Shown: positions 6,016 to 15,493 of the stretch, piece after piece | How positions within the stretch are numbered: position 1 is the first letter of the stretch | Layout of the letters: every line of letters starts with the position of its first letter | IMG/VR virus record: IMGVR_UViG_3300033518_000070 | Span: 1 to 30,133 of that record | DNA length: 30,133 nt | Origin: a virus | Lineage: Duplodnaviria; Caudoviricetes | Strand: one strand, 5' to 3' | Notes under the pieces: model-generated | Databases searched by the model: none | Seen by the model: the letters and a program-made list of their open reading frames with translations, nothing else | Told to the model about the DNA's origin: nothing | Translations under genes and position numbers: made by a program

Positions 6016-7436
6016 TTAATTTATATGAATATCAAAAAGATTATATAGAAAGTATTCGATATAGTTTCATTAATGGAAAAAAGCGTGTTATTTTATGCGC
6101 TCCAACAGGAAGTGGTAAAACTGTTATTTTTAGTTATATTACAAAACAAACTATTGAACGTCATAAAAGAATTTTGATTTTAACGGATAGAAAAGAATTA
6201 TTTTCGCAGTCTAGTGGTTCACTTATTAGAATGAATTTGGAACCGTCAGAAATAAAGCCAAATTTAAAGGTAGATTTTAGTAAAAATCTTTATATTTCTA
6301 TGGTTCAAACTTTCATGCGTAGAATTAATAAACCTGAATATCGTGACTTACTTTATTCAATGGATTTAATAATTATTGACGAAGCTCACAAGTCAATATT
6401 TGATAAATTATTTGATTATATTTCAAACAACACTTATGTAATTGGAGCTACGGCAACACCGTACAGATATGGTAAACAATATACCTTGGAGAAATTTTAT
6501 GATGACATTATACAAGTAATTGACACACCCGAATTAATATTAAAAAATAAATTATCTAATTGTGTTTCATACGGTGTAAAAGTTGACCTCACAGGAATAA
6601 AAACAAAGGGCGGTGATTATGATGAGAAAACAATGGGTGAAAAATTTAGCGAAATAAAGTTATTTCATGGGGTTTATGAGAATTATATTAGAATATGTAA
6701 AGGTAAAAAAGCAATATTATTCGCTCCAAATGTAGAAAGCAGTAAAGAATTAGTTAATGACTGGATTTTAAAGGGGTTGAATATAAAGCACGTTGATTGT
6801 TATATGACTGATATAGAAAGAAAATCAATTATAGAATGGTTTACAAACACAAAAGGGGCTATTATTTCAAATTATGGAATATTAACAACTGGCTTTGATG
6901 TTCCCGATATTGAGGTAGTTATATTGTATAGGGCTACTAAATCCCTACCTTTGTTTTTACAAATGTCTGGTAGAGGTTCAAGAATATCAAAAGACAAAAA
7001 AAGATTTTATATTCTTGATTTCGGTAATAACATAAAGCGTCATAATTATTGGGAACATCCAAGAAAATGGACATTAAAAAAGAAAGAAAGCAAGCAAGGT
7101 GAAGCAGGAATAAAAGAATGTCCAAAATGCGCATATCTTATGTATTCGTCAATCATGGATTGTCCTGAATGTGGATATAAGTTTAAGAAATTAGCAAAGG
7201 AAAAAGAATCTCAAATTATTACTGATTTAGTTTTAATGCCTGGATTTGAAATACAAAAACTAGCCGAAAAATCTAGTATAAAAGATTTAATTTTAATACA
7301 ACAATCAAAAGGATATTCAAAGAGTTGGATTTATCACTACTTAAAAAGTAAAGACGATTTCATTCAATATGGTAAATTAATGGGTTATAACTATAAATGG
7401 GCATTAAGACAAATTAATTTTAGAAAAATATGTTAA
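6012..7436 (+). CDS. Superfamily 2 DEAH helicase with C-terminal zinc ribbon
   Basis: APTGSGKT, IIIDEAH, GATATP, LTTGFDVP, QMSGRGSR and CPKC...CPECG. Confidence 0.92.
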   Translation: MINLYEYQKDYIESIRYSFINGKKRVILCAPTGSGKTVIFSYITKQTIERHKRILILTDRKELFSQSSGSLIRMNLEPSEIKPNLKVDFSKNLYISMVQTFMRRINKPEYRDLLYSMDLIIIDEAHKSIFDKLFDYISNNTYVIGATATPYRYGKQYTLEKFYDDIIQVIDTPELILKNKLSNCVSYGVKVDLTGIKTKGGDYDEKTMGEKFSEIKLFHGVYENYIRICKGKKAILFAPNVESSKELVNDWILKGLNIKHVDCYMTDIERKSIIEWFTNTKGAIISNYGILTTGFDVPDIEVVILYRATKSLPLFLQMSGRGSRISKDKKRFYILDFGNNIKRHNYWEHPRKWTLKKKESKQGEAGIKECPKCAYLMYSSIMDCPECGYKFKKLAKEKESQIITDLVLMPGFEIQKLAEKSSIKDLILIQQSKGYSKSWIYHYLKSKDDFIQYGKLMGYNYKWALRQINFRKIC

Positions 7437-7777
7437 CAGAGTCAGCGATACAGCAAGAATGCGTAATGTATTTACGTAATAATTACGGATTGAAACACCA
7501 TAAACCTAGAATATTAATATTCAGCGTGCCCAATGATGGGCGTTCAGCAGTCGAACAAATGAGAAAAAAGGCAACGGGATTAATGGCAGGCGTTTCTGAC
7601 ACCGTAATTGATACGGGTTCTATAATTATTTATTGCGAGTTTAAAGATTATAGAGGAGTTCAATCACCAAAACAAAAGGAATTTCAATCTCATGTTGAAT
7701 CTTTGGGGCGGTTATATTGGGTTATTCGTTCACTTGAAGAATTTATAGAGCATTTGAATAGGTATAATGTTATTTAG
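7430..7777 (+). CDS. VRR-NUC domain nuclease
   Basis: ESAIQ...FSVPN...GLMAGVSD...CEFK...QSPKQKEF...YWVIRS. Confidence 0.85.
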   Translation: MLTESAIQQECVMYLRNNYGLKHHKPRILIFSVPNDGRSAVEQMRKKATGLMAGVSDTVIDTGSIIIYCEFKDYRGVQSPKQKEFQSHVESLGRLYWVIRSLEEFIEHLNRYNVI

Positions 7778-7835
7778 AATGTATATAAATAACGTTTTTT
7801 TTAATATAAAGGTGCTTTATATTATATTATTATAT

Positions 7836-7843
7836 TACATTTG
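7836..7843 (+). promoter_or_regulatory. Bacteroidota-type -7 promoter box
   Basis: TACATTTG in the AT-rich gap before ATG 7882. Confidence 0.65.
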
Positions 7844-7848
7844 TAACA

Positions 7849-7881
7849 CAAAACAAAACAAAACAAAACAAAACAAAACAA
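7849..7881 (+). repeat. (CAAAA)6+ microsatellite in a 5' UTR
   Basis: Six perfect CAAAA units at 7849-7878, then CAA running into the ATG. Confidence 0.9.
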
Positions 7882-8100
7882 ATGGATGTGATTAATAAAA
7901 TAGTAAAAATAGAGCTTCATCAACAATGTATTGAAATACTAGAGGCTATAAATTTTTTTAAAAAAATGACTGAACACACTAAAATAAATTTCAATTCTAG
8001 TGAATTTTTTATTAAAAAGATGAGCCATAAAAACGAAATTTATAATAAGTGTATAAATAGATTAGAATTAAGATATAAAAAAATAGTAGAACAATTATGA
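7882..8100 (+). CDS. Hypothetical protein
   Basis: 72-aa ORF, ATGA-coupled to the next gene. Confidence 0.65.
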   Translation: MDVINKIVKIELHQQCIEILEAINFFKKMTEHTKINFNSSEFFIKKMSHKNEIYNKCINRLELRYKKIVEQL

Positions 8101-8423
8101 AAACAGTTAGCGAGATACTAGAATTAGGCAAATTAAAATACAATGACAGTAGTTTTGATGAAAAAACTTTTAGCGTTTATATTGATGTAAATAATGTCAA
8201 TTATAGTTGTTTAGTGATTAATTTAGATGTTGATATTTCTCCAATATTTACAGATGATGTACCTTTGTTTACAGTTTTATCATGTGAATTTCAAGATGAA
8301 TTTGGAGATTTACATGAATTAGTTTGGGTTGAATCAGATGAGGTAAAAATAATAACACAAACACAAGATATTTTTTCAAAAGGGTATTGGGCTGATGAAT
8401 TAGCATATTATTTTAATTATTAA
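8097..8423 (+). CDS. Hypothetical acidic protein
   Basis: 108-aa D/E-rich ORF within the operon. Confidence 0.65.
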   Translation: MKTVSEILELGKLKYNDSSFDEKTFSVYIDVNNVNYSCLVINLDVDISPIFTDDVPLFTVLSCEFQDEFGDLHELVWVESDEVKIITQTQDIFSKGYWADELAYYFNY

Positions 8424-8434
8424 AAAAAAACAAA

Positions 8435-8998
8435 ATGGAATTAGAAATAGATTTAGGAATAACAATAGTACCAAAATCAGACCAATTAAATGCGGATGAT
8501 TTAATAAGTGGGTCTAAAACAATAAAGATACGGGATATAAAGCAAACGGATAGCGAAACTCAACCTATAAGCATATACTTTGACGGTGATAATAATAAGC
8601 CATACAAGCCGTCTAAGGGTATGCGCAGGGCGTTGGTACAAATTTGGGGTGTTAATGGACTTGACTATATTGGGAGAAGTTTAACTATTTTCAGGGATGA
8701 GACTATTAAATTTTCGGGGTTAGATGTTGGTGGTATTGTAATAAGTCACGCTAGTAATATAACAGAGCCAAAAAGGATAATAACAACGGTATCGAGAGGA
8801 AAAAAGAAATTAATAATTATAACGCCATTGAATCACGAAGAAACACAGATTGTTGATTTAACGCCTTATTTAGCTAAATTAAGCGACTGTAAGACACTTG
8901 AAGAGTTAAAAGGTGTATATACTTCATTTTCAAAAGAAGTGCAGAATAAAGCCGTTATAATAGCAAAAAAAGACGAACTAAAAAATGAACTGAAATGA
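8435..8998 (+). CDS. Phage protein next to the exonuclease (candidate ssDNA-binding/annealing protein)
   Basis: IVPKSDQLNADDLI...PYKPSKGMRR...GRSLTIFRD...GGIVISH. ATGA-coupled to the YqaJ exonuclease. The function is inferred from position only. Confidence 0.5.
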   Translation: MELEIDLGITIVPKSDQLNADDLISGSKTIKIRDIKQTDSETQPISIYFDGDNNKPYKPSKGMRRALVQIWGVNGLDYIGRSLTIFRDETIKFSGLDVGGIVISHASNITEPKRIITTVSRGKKKLIIITPLNHEETQIVDLTPYLAKLSDCKTLEELKGVYTSFSKEVQNKAVIIAKKDELKNELK

Positions 8999-9639
8999 CT
9001 ATACATGATGTTGAACAGGGTAGCGAAATGTGGCACGAGTTAAGAAATGCTAAAATAGGCGGTACAAGGTCAAAAGGATTATTTGTAAAATCTGACACGC
9101 TTCTTTTTGAATTATTAGCAGAATATACCGAATCTTATCAATCTAATGAAGATGATTATATGAGTGATGACATGGCTAGGGGTATTTTTTTAGAACCCAT
9201 AGCGAGGGCTCAAATAGAATTATATACAGGTTTAAAATTCAACCAAATTGGGTATATTATATCGGACATTCCTAATTTAGCTATAAGTCCAGACGGATTA
9301 ACAGAATGCAAAACAATAGCTTGTGAAATAAAATGTCCTGGTGCAAAAAAACACGTACAAACGTGTATTGAGGACGAAATACCGTTAGACAATATACATC
9401 AATGCTTGCACTATTTTACTGTAATTGACACACTAAAAGAGTTGTATTTTGTTTCATACAGAGAAGAGGCATTAAAAAAATTATTTGTAAAAAAAATAAC
9501 TTTGGATTCAGAAATAAACTTAGGAACAAAATCACGACCATTAATAAAACCAGTAACAGAGTGGGTAAAAATAGCAAAAGAAGAAGCTGCGTTAATAAAC
9601 AAACAGCTAAATGAATTAGTAATTAAATTAACATTTTAA
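8995..9639 (+). CDS. YqaJ / lambda-exonuclease family nuclease
   Basis: EQGSEMWHELR, MARGIFLEPIAR, ISPDGL and CEIKCP. Confidence 0.9.
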   Translation: MTIHDVEQGSEMWHELRNAKIGGTRSKGLFVKSDTLLFELLAEYTESYQSNEDDYMSDDMARGIFLEPIARAQIELYTGLKFNQIGYIISDIPNLAISPDGLTECKTIACEIKCPGAKKHVQTCIEDEIPLDNIHQCLHYFTVIDTLKELYFVSYREEALKKLFVKKITLDSEINLGTKSRPLIKPVTEWVKIAKEEAALINKQLNELVIKLTF

Positions 9640-9641
9640 AT

Positions 9642-9920
9642 ATGTATCAAATAAAAGGCGAGTTAATAAATATTAGCGAAACGGAGCAAAAAACAGAAAA
9701 TTTTTCATTAAGAAATTTTGTAATAAAAACAGAGGGACAATATTCGCAAGAAATACCATTCCAATTAGCGAATAAAAATTGTGATATAATAAACGCCTAC
9801 CAATTAGGGAGTGTGGTAACTATACACTTTAATTTAAGGGGTCGCTCATGGACTTCACCACATGGCGAAAAAAAATGGTTTGCAACTAATGAATGTTTTA
9901 AAATTGATAATAATTTCTAA
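9642..9920 (+). CDS. DUF3127-like OB-fold single-stranded DNA-binding protein
   Basis: QIKGELI...FVIKTEGQYSQEIPFQ...VTIHFNLRGRSW...KWF...CFKI. Confidence 0.75.
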   Translation: MYQIKGELINISETEQKTENFSLRNFVIKTEGQYSQEIPFQLANKNCDIINAYQLGSVVTIHFNLRGRSWTSPHGEKKWFATNECFKIDNNF

Positions 9921-10226
9921 ATGACTGTACTAGATTTTTCAAAACAATTTGGGATTACTGAATATAAAGCCTTGCGATGTTCGGAGCTTATTTTAAAAAG
10001 TGAATCAGTTTTTTTTATTCAAAAAGATTTAGATATAACAATAGGAATGATTAATAAAATCATAAATAATTTAATAATATATCCATACAATAGAAGTCGT
10101 TTAATGCACAATATTAGTATGCAATATTACGAAAATGAGCAAGTAATTTTTGATAGTATTGAACTTATTTACAAACCCGAAATGTTAAAAGGTGCAGAAC
10201 TTGAAATATTTAATAATATAGACTAA
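9921..10226 (+). CDS. Hypothetical protein
   Basis: 101-aa ORF abutting both neighbours. Confidence 0.6.
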   Translation: MTVLDFSKQFGITEYKALRCSELILKSESVFFIQKDLDITIGMINKIINNLIIYPYNRSRLMHNISMQYYENEQVIFDSIELIYKPEMLKGAELEIFNNID

Positions 10227-10228
10227 AA

Positions 10229-10474
10229 ATGATAAAAAATAAAGATTCAGAAATTTACAAAATAGTAAACATTGAAAGAGTAGGTGCAGGATTTTCAAAA
10301 AAGGGAGAATTAAACAAGTCCTTAAATAGGCAAGCAACTTGTTTTTGGCGAACATTACGCAAGGGTAGTACAAAGTTTGAAGATTTAATCGAAATTTGTG
10401 ATTTACTTGAATTAGAAATAATAATAAGAAATAACAAAACTCATACTGAATATCATATTAACGGCTTTAAATAA
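10229..10474 (+). CDS. Small HTH-like (XRE/Cro-like) DNA-binding protein
   Basis: FSKKGELNKSLNRQATCFWRTLRKGSTKFEDLIEICDLLELEI resembles an XRE helix pattern. Confidence 0.5.
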   Translation: MIKNKDSEIYKIVNIERVGAGFSKKGELNKSLNRQATCFWRTLRKGSTKFEDLIEICDLLELEIIIRNNKTHTEYHINGFK

Positions 10475-10663
10475 ATGGAAATTCCCGATTGGTTAATAGA
10501 AAAAATTAATAATAATGACAAGTATTTAACACATATTGAGTTCGGAAAGTTAGATTTTTTTTATAAGAAAATAACAGGATTAAAGCTTAAAAAGAAATGT
10601 GATAATTGTATTGCAGATGCTTATATTGTTATTAGAATATATTTAAAAAACAAAACTAAATGA
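10475..10663 (+). CDS. Hypothetical protein (CxxC)
   Basis: 62-aa ORF containing KKCDNCI, coupled to the next gene. Confidence 0.55.
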   Translation: MEIPDWLIEKINNNDKYLTHIEFGKLDFFYKKITGLKLKKKCDNCIADAYIVIRIYLKNKTK

Positions 10664-11208
10664 ATAAAAACAGAGCTATAATAGATATTGAAACAGGGGG
10701 CTTTAATATTTATAATAGTGGTATTGTTGAAATAGGAATTGTTTTTTTTGATGAAAAATATAATATAATTGATAAATATGAAACATTAATAAAACCATAT
10801 AAAAAACATAATTCCATTGATTTAATGGAATATTCAAAACGTGCTGAATATATTCATGGGCATTCAATAGAAAAAATACAATTATTAGGAAAAGAATGTA
10901 ATATCGTATGTAATGAAATAATAAGTAAAATCAAATATAATAACCCCATACAATTAATAGGTCATAATTTAATAAAATTTGATTTGCCTAGAATTATTAA
11001 TTTCTTTGAACGGTTTACAAATGAAAGCACGGATTTTTTATTTATAAATAATTTAGATACCATTAACCTATCTAAGGAGTTGTTAAATTCAGATAGTTAC
11101 TCACTTGAATACCTTTGTAATGGTTTGAATTTAGCGCATGAAAACAAGCATTCTGCCATGGGTGACTGTTGCGCTACACTTGAACTGCTTAAATATTTAG
11201 AACGCTAA
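10660..11208 (+). CDS. DEDDh 3'-5' exonuclease (DnaQ-like)
   Basis: IIDIETGG, IGHNLIKFDL, LDT and HSAMGDC. Confidence 0.9.
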   Translation: MNKNRAIIDIETGGFNIYNSGIVEIGIVFFDEKYNIIDKYETLIKPYKKHNSIDLMEYSKRAEYIHGHSIEKIQLLGKECNIVCNEIISKIKYNNPIQLIGHNLIKFDLPRIINFFERFTNESTDFLFINNLDTINLSKELLNSDSYSLEYLCNGLNLAHENKHSAMGDCCATLELLKYLER

Positions 11209-11218
11209 TTTTTTTTAT

Positions 11219-11226
11219 TATATTTG
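11219..11226 (+). promoter_or_regulatory. Bacteroidota-type -7 promoter box ahead of the packaging operon
   Basis: TATATTTG ending 23 nt before ATG 11250. Confidence 0.6.
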
Positions 11227-11249
11227 TACTAAAAATAACACTTCAAAAA

Positions 11250-11486
11250 ATGAAAAAAATACTAAAAGAAACTTTAAAAATATTTATTATAATATTAGCT
11301 TCAATATTGGTTTTTTTAGATAGGCTTATATGCTCAATATTGGTTTTTAAAGATATGCCCTCAATTTATGAAATAAAGAAATTTAAACATGAACGTGAAG
11401 CAATGTCAAGAAGATATATTGTATATTTAATAATTCTTTTAGTTTTTGTATTAGTTAAATTTATTAAACATTTAATAATTAAATAA
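11250..11486 (+). CDS. Small two-TM membrane protein
   Basis: Hydrophobic stretches IFIIILASILVFL and IVYLIILLVFVLV. Confidence 0.6.
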   Translation: MKKILKETLKIFIIILASILVFLDRLICSILVFKDMPSIYEIKKFKHEREAMSRRYIVYLIILLVFVLVKFIKHLIIK

Positions 11487-12016
11487 TGGCACCACCTAAA
11501 GGCAGTCAATTTTGGAAAAGACGAACAAAGCACGGAAAAGAAAAACTTTTTGCAACAAAAGAACTTTTGCTAGATGCTAGTTATGAATATTTTGAATATA
11601 TGGATTCAAATAAATGGGTTATTAACGAAATTACAAAAAAAATCAATGTTAATACACCTGATGATATAACAAAGAAGAAAAAACCAAAGTCACAGCCATA
11701 CAGCATTGAGGGTCTTTGTTTGTTTCTTGGTTGTTCGTTTTCTTGGTGGCGAAATTCAAAACTTAGATTTAAAAATAATCCAACTAATGAAACGGAATCA
11801 GAGCTATTGGAAGCAATGGAGCAAATAGAGTTAATAGTTTTTGTTAATCAATTCAATGGCGCATCGATAGGTGAATTTGACCCACGCATAATGACTTCAA
11901 AACTTGGCTTAATTACAAAAACTGAAAACACAAATTTTAATGTAAATTCAGAAACCGAGCCACTAAGTACGGACGAAATTAAATCTTTAAAAAAGAAATT
12001 AGAAGAAGATTATTAA
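11486..12016 (+). CDS. terS: Terminase small subunit (P22 gp3-like)
   Basis: MAPPKGSQFWKRRTKHG...YFEY...PYSIEGLCLFLG...QFNGASIGEF...SKLGL, directly upstream of TerL. Confidence 0.8.
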   Translation: MAPPKGSQFWKRRTKHGKEKLFATKELLLDASYEYFEYMDSNKWVINEITKKINVNTPDDITKKKKPKSQPYSIEGLCLFLGCSFSWWRNSKLRFKNNPTNETESELLEAMEQIELIVFVNQFNGASIGEFDPRIMTSKLGLITKTENTNFNVNSETEPLSTDEIKSLKKKLEEDY

Positions 12017-12024
12017 TTTTAAAA

Positions 12025-13494
12025 ATGGAACTTTCTGAAATTGATATAATAAGAGCCGAAACGCTTTATAGTAGTTTGTTTTTTAGTAAATACCATTTTA
12101 AACATAGATATAATAAAAAATTTGTAGTTAATTGGCATCACGAATTAATATGTGAATATTTAGACAAAGTTTTTAAAGGTGAGATTAAAAAACTAGCCAT
12201 ACGAATAGCACCACGATACGGAAAAACAGAGCTTGCAGTAATTAATTTTATATCAATGGGGTTGGCATTAAACCCGTCTTCAAAATTTATACATTTAAGT
12301 TACTCTAGTGATTTAGCGTTGGATAATTCCGAAGAGATAAGAGATTTTGTACAAACAACTGAATATAATAGGCTATATCCTTGGGTTGCAATTGATAAAG
12401 CATCCACGGCAAAAAAGAAATGGTACACTACAAAAGGCGGTGGAGTTTATGCCACATCAACAGGCGGACAAATTACAGGTTTTGGAGCTGGAGAAATGGA
12501 CATCGAAGACGAAGAGTTAAATAAAGAATTAATTGAACTAAGCGAACTACAAAAAAACAAATTTTCGGGTGCAATCGTAATAGATGACCCTTTAAAACCT
12601 GATGATGCAGATAGTGATATAAAAAGGGAGCGAATAAATGAAAGATTTGAAAACACGATACGAAGTAGAACAAACTCAAGGAATACCCCAATAATAATAA
12701 TAGGACAGGCAGTACACGATAGAGATTTAATAGGATATTTAATGAATACAGAGCCGAATGAATGGACTTTATTAAGTATTCCTGCTATTAGTAAAGATGA
12801 AAATTTTAACGATGTAGCATTATGGTCATTTAAGCATACACTTGAAGAGCTTTATAGGATTAAAGAAAACAGCCCAAGAACTTTTGATTCACAATACCAG
12901 CAAGACCCTAAGGACTTACTAGGATTGCTTATTCCGTTTGATTCATTGAAATTCAGTAAAATAACAAATGAGCCTATTTATTCAATGGCTTTTGCTGACC
13001 CTGCAGATGAGGGGGGCGATAAATTGAGTGTTATATTTATTAAAATTTATTTTGAAGATGATAGGTTACTTGTATATGTTAATGATGTCATACATAATAA
13101 CAACGGTATTGAAGCTAATACAACAAGAATAATAGATAAAATAAATGAACATAATGTATCGGAAATATTTATAGAATCAAACGGTCTAGGTTTAGCACTT
13201 ATTTTGGGAGTTAAAAGGTTAGCGAATTATAATACAAAAATAAATCCTATAACATCACGAGAACCAAAAACGGTGCGCATATTATCAGGATTTGAAACTG
13301 TTATAAAACATTTTGTATTTAATGAAGATTATAAAAAAAATATTGAATTTTCTCATTATATTAGTGATTTAACAAAGTTTAAACGTGATAGCACAAACAC
13401 GCACAAAGCTGATGCTATGGACGTAACTACATTCGCTTCAAATGTTATAAAAATAAAATTCAAAGAATTACTTTTTAATAACATAAAAAAATAA
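12025..13494 (+). CDS. terL: Terminase large subunit
   Basis: Walker A IAPRYGKT, Walker B IVIDDPLK, SQYQQDP, nuclease residues FADPADEGGD and IESN, and HKADAMD. Confidence 0.93.
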   Translation: MELSEIDIIRAETLYSSLFFSKYHFKHRYNKKFVVNWHHELICEYLDKVFKGEIKKLAIRIAPRYGKTELAVINFISMGLALNPSSKFIHLSYSSDLALDNSEEIRDFVQTTEYNRLYPWVAIDKASTAKKKWYTTKGGGVYATSTGGQITGFGAGEMDIEDEELNKELIELSELQKNKFSGAIVIDDPLKPDDADSDIKRERINERFENTIRSRTNSRNTPIIIIGQAVHDRDLIGYLMNTEPNEWTLLSIPAISKDENFNDVALWSFKHTLEELYRIKENSPRTFDSQYQQDPKDLLGLLIPFDSLKFSKITNEPIYSMAFADPADEGGDKLSVIFIKIYFEDDRLLVYVNDVIHNNNGIEANTTRIIDKINEHNVSEIFIESNGLGLALILGVKRLANYNTKINPITSREPKTVRILSGFETVIKHFVFNEDYKKNIEFSHYISDLTKFKRDSTNTHKADAMDVTTFASNVIKIKFKELLFNNIKK

Positions 13495-13543
13495 TAAATT
13501 CGCACCCTATATAAAAAAAAATGTTTTATATAAAAAAAATAAC

Positions 13544-13551
13544 TATTTTTG
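13544..13551 (+). promoter_or_regulatory. Possible -7 promoter box before the portal gene
   Basis: TATTTTTG ending 20 nt before ATG 13572, with an inverted repeat TATATAAAA/TTTTATATA at 13508-13532. Confidence 0.4.
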
Positions 13552-13571
13552 AATAAAATATTTCAAAAAAA

Positions 13572-14825
13572 ATGGGGTTTTGGGATTTTGGTAAAAAAGT
13601 AAATACAACGCCAAAAAATAATTGGGTTCAAGTTGATGCCAACGGTAAATTTTACCATTATATAAATCAAATGTTATCAAGTGGCGTTTATCAAAAATTC
13701 GACCCTTTACGCCCCGTTTACTTTGCTTCCACAATAGCCGAAATTTTCGCACCGATTGATATTATTTCTGACAGGGTTGCATCTTGCAAATTTAATATAT
13801 ATAATAAAAACACTGATAAAATAGTTGAGAATTTACCTAATAATTTAGTAAGATTATTAAAAAACCCTAATCCATTTAACTCATTAAGTGAATTAATTTA
13901 TCAAATACAATTTAGTGAATTAGCAAGCGGAGGGAGTTTTGTTTTAACTAAAATGCCATCAACTTTTAAAACAAAAACAGTTGATAGGATTAGTAATATT
14001 TGGGTATTAAATCCTGATACTGTAGAAATAAAAATAAAAAAATCAATCCCTAATCCCTATTTAATTAGTGATATTTCGGAATTAATTGAAATGTATAATA
14101 CTCATTGGTTAATTGATATGTCTTTAAATACTGATGAGGTTAATTATAATTCAATTTCGCAAATAGATGAAAATTTAAAAACTAAAACGCCACTATTATC
14201 TGTAACAAGAAATATAAACAATCTATTGGCTGTTTATTCTGCTAGATTTAATGTGTATGACAAAAATGGGGTTGCAGGTATAGTTTTTAAAGATGACAAA
14301 GGAGCTTCAACTATTAGCGAGCAAATAAACCCAATTACAAGGGATAGAGTATTAGAAGATTTAAACAATATGGAGGGTATTGTTGGAGATAAAATGTTTA
14401 CGGGCATATCTTCTTTCCCTTTGGGTTTTATTGAAACATTAGGTAAAATAAAAGATTTAGAACCGTTTAAAGAAGCCGAAGTAGATTCAATGGCAATAGC
14501 TAGTATTTTTGGCGTTTCAACTGAATTGATTTATAGCGGTGGTTCATCTACATTTTCAAACAAACGAGATGCAGAGAAGCATTTATGGCAAAATATAATA
14601 AATCCTTATGCTGAAGATATATCCAAAACTTTAACAAAAATATTTTATCTTCCAGAGGATTGGGAATTTAGAAAGAGTACAGATAATATAGAAATATTAC
14701 AATCGGACAGAAAAACACAATTAGAGGCGGACACTATTGAATTGTCAAATATCAAAATTCTTCAAGAATTGGGGATGTCAACTGAACAAATAAATAAAAA
14801 ATTAACTCAATGGATTCAAAAATAG
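13572..14825 (+). CDS. Portal protein (HK97 family)
   Basis: LLKNPNPF, IWVLNPDTV, IASIFGV and STFSN, positioned between TerL and the protease. Confidence 0.88.
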   Translation: MGFWDFGKKVNTTPKNNWVQVDANGKFYHYINQMLSSGVYQKFDPLRPVYFASTIAEIFAPIDIISDRVASCKFNIYNKNTDKIVENLPNNLVRLLKNPNPFNSLSELIYQIQFSELASGGSFVLTKMPSTFKTKTVDRISNIWVLNPDTVEIKIKKSIPNPYLISDISELIEMYNTHWLIDMSLNTDEVNYNSISQIDENLKTKTPLLSVTRNINNLLAVYSARFNVYDKNGVAGIVFKDDKGASTISEQINPITRDRVLEDLNNMEGIVGDKMFTGISSFPLGFIETLGKIKDLEPFKEAEVDSMAIASIFGVSTELIYSGGSSTFSNKRDAEKHLWQNIINPYAEDISKTLTKIFYLPEDWEFRKSTDNIEILQSDRKTQLEADTIELSNIKILQELGMSTEQINKKLTQWIQK

Positions 14826-15490
14826 AAGAAATAAAAAAAGAACGAGGAGGCTCAAATAGTTTTTTTTCAGTTCCTTTAGATGGCGAACGTTCTAAATTTA
14901 ACGAGGGTGACAGGCTTATAAAAGGTTATGCAATAGTTTGGGGTTCAAAGAATGATTATAATGAAATCGTGATAAAAGGAGCTTGTACTAATAGCATAAA
15001 TGCAAGGGGGGTTAATGGTTCGGGAAAAAATAAAATAGTTATTTTAAAACAACATAGACAATCAGAGCCTATTGGTAATATTACAAAGTTATTAGAGGAT
15101 GATTACGGCTTGTATTTTGAAGCTGAAATAATAACAGGCACAACAGCATCAGAAGAGGCTTTATCAGAGGTTAGGCAAGGTGTTTTGAGACAATTATCAT
15201 ACGGTTTTAACTATGTATGGGATAAAGTAGAATGGGATGAGGTTAATGATGCTTTAATACTTCGTGAAATAAAACTATTTGAAATTTCACTAGTTACATT
15301 TTCAAGTGATGAAAATGCCCAATTAAGAAGTTTTAACGATTACCAAAAAAAAGAAATATTAAAAGTTTTTAAACATCAAGAGATTGAAAATTTAAGAGGT
15401 TTACTAAACTCAATTAATACGGATAGCCGTGCCGAACACTGTCCTAAACAACAAATAAATGCGAATATTAATAAAGTAAAATTTTTTTAA
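14810..15490 (+). CDS. HK97-family prohead protease
   Basis: IKGYAIVWG, LKQH...PIG, EDDYGLYFEA, LSYGF and LFEISLVT. Confidence 0.92.
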   Translation: MDSKIEEIKKERGGSNSFFSVPLDGERSKFNEGDRLIKGYAIVWGSKNDYNEIVIKGACTNSINARGVNGSGKNKIVILKQHRQSEPIGNITKLLEDDYGLYFEAEIITGTTASEEALSEVRQGVLRQLSYGFNYVWDKVEWDEVNDALILREIKLFEISLVTFSSDENAQLRSFNDYQKKEILKVFKHQEIENLRGLLNSINTDSRAEHCPKQQINANINKVKFF

Positions 15491-15493
15491 AAA

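Noticed and set aside
11250-11486. Holin call
   Set aside because: Two TM helices fit, but no endolysin lies nearby, so the evidence is insufficient.
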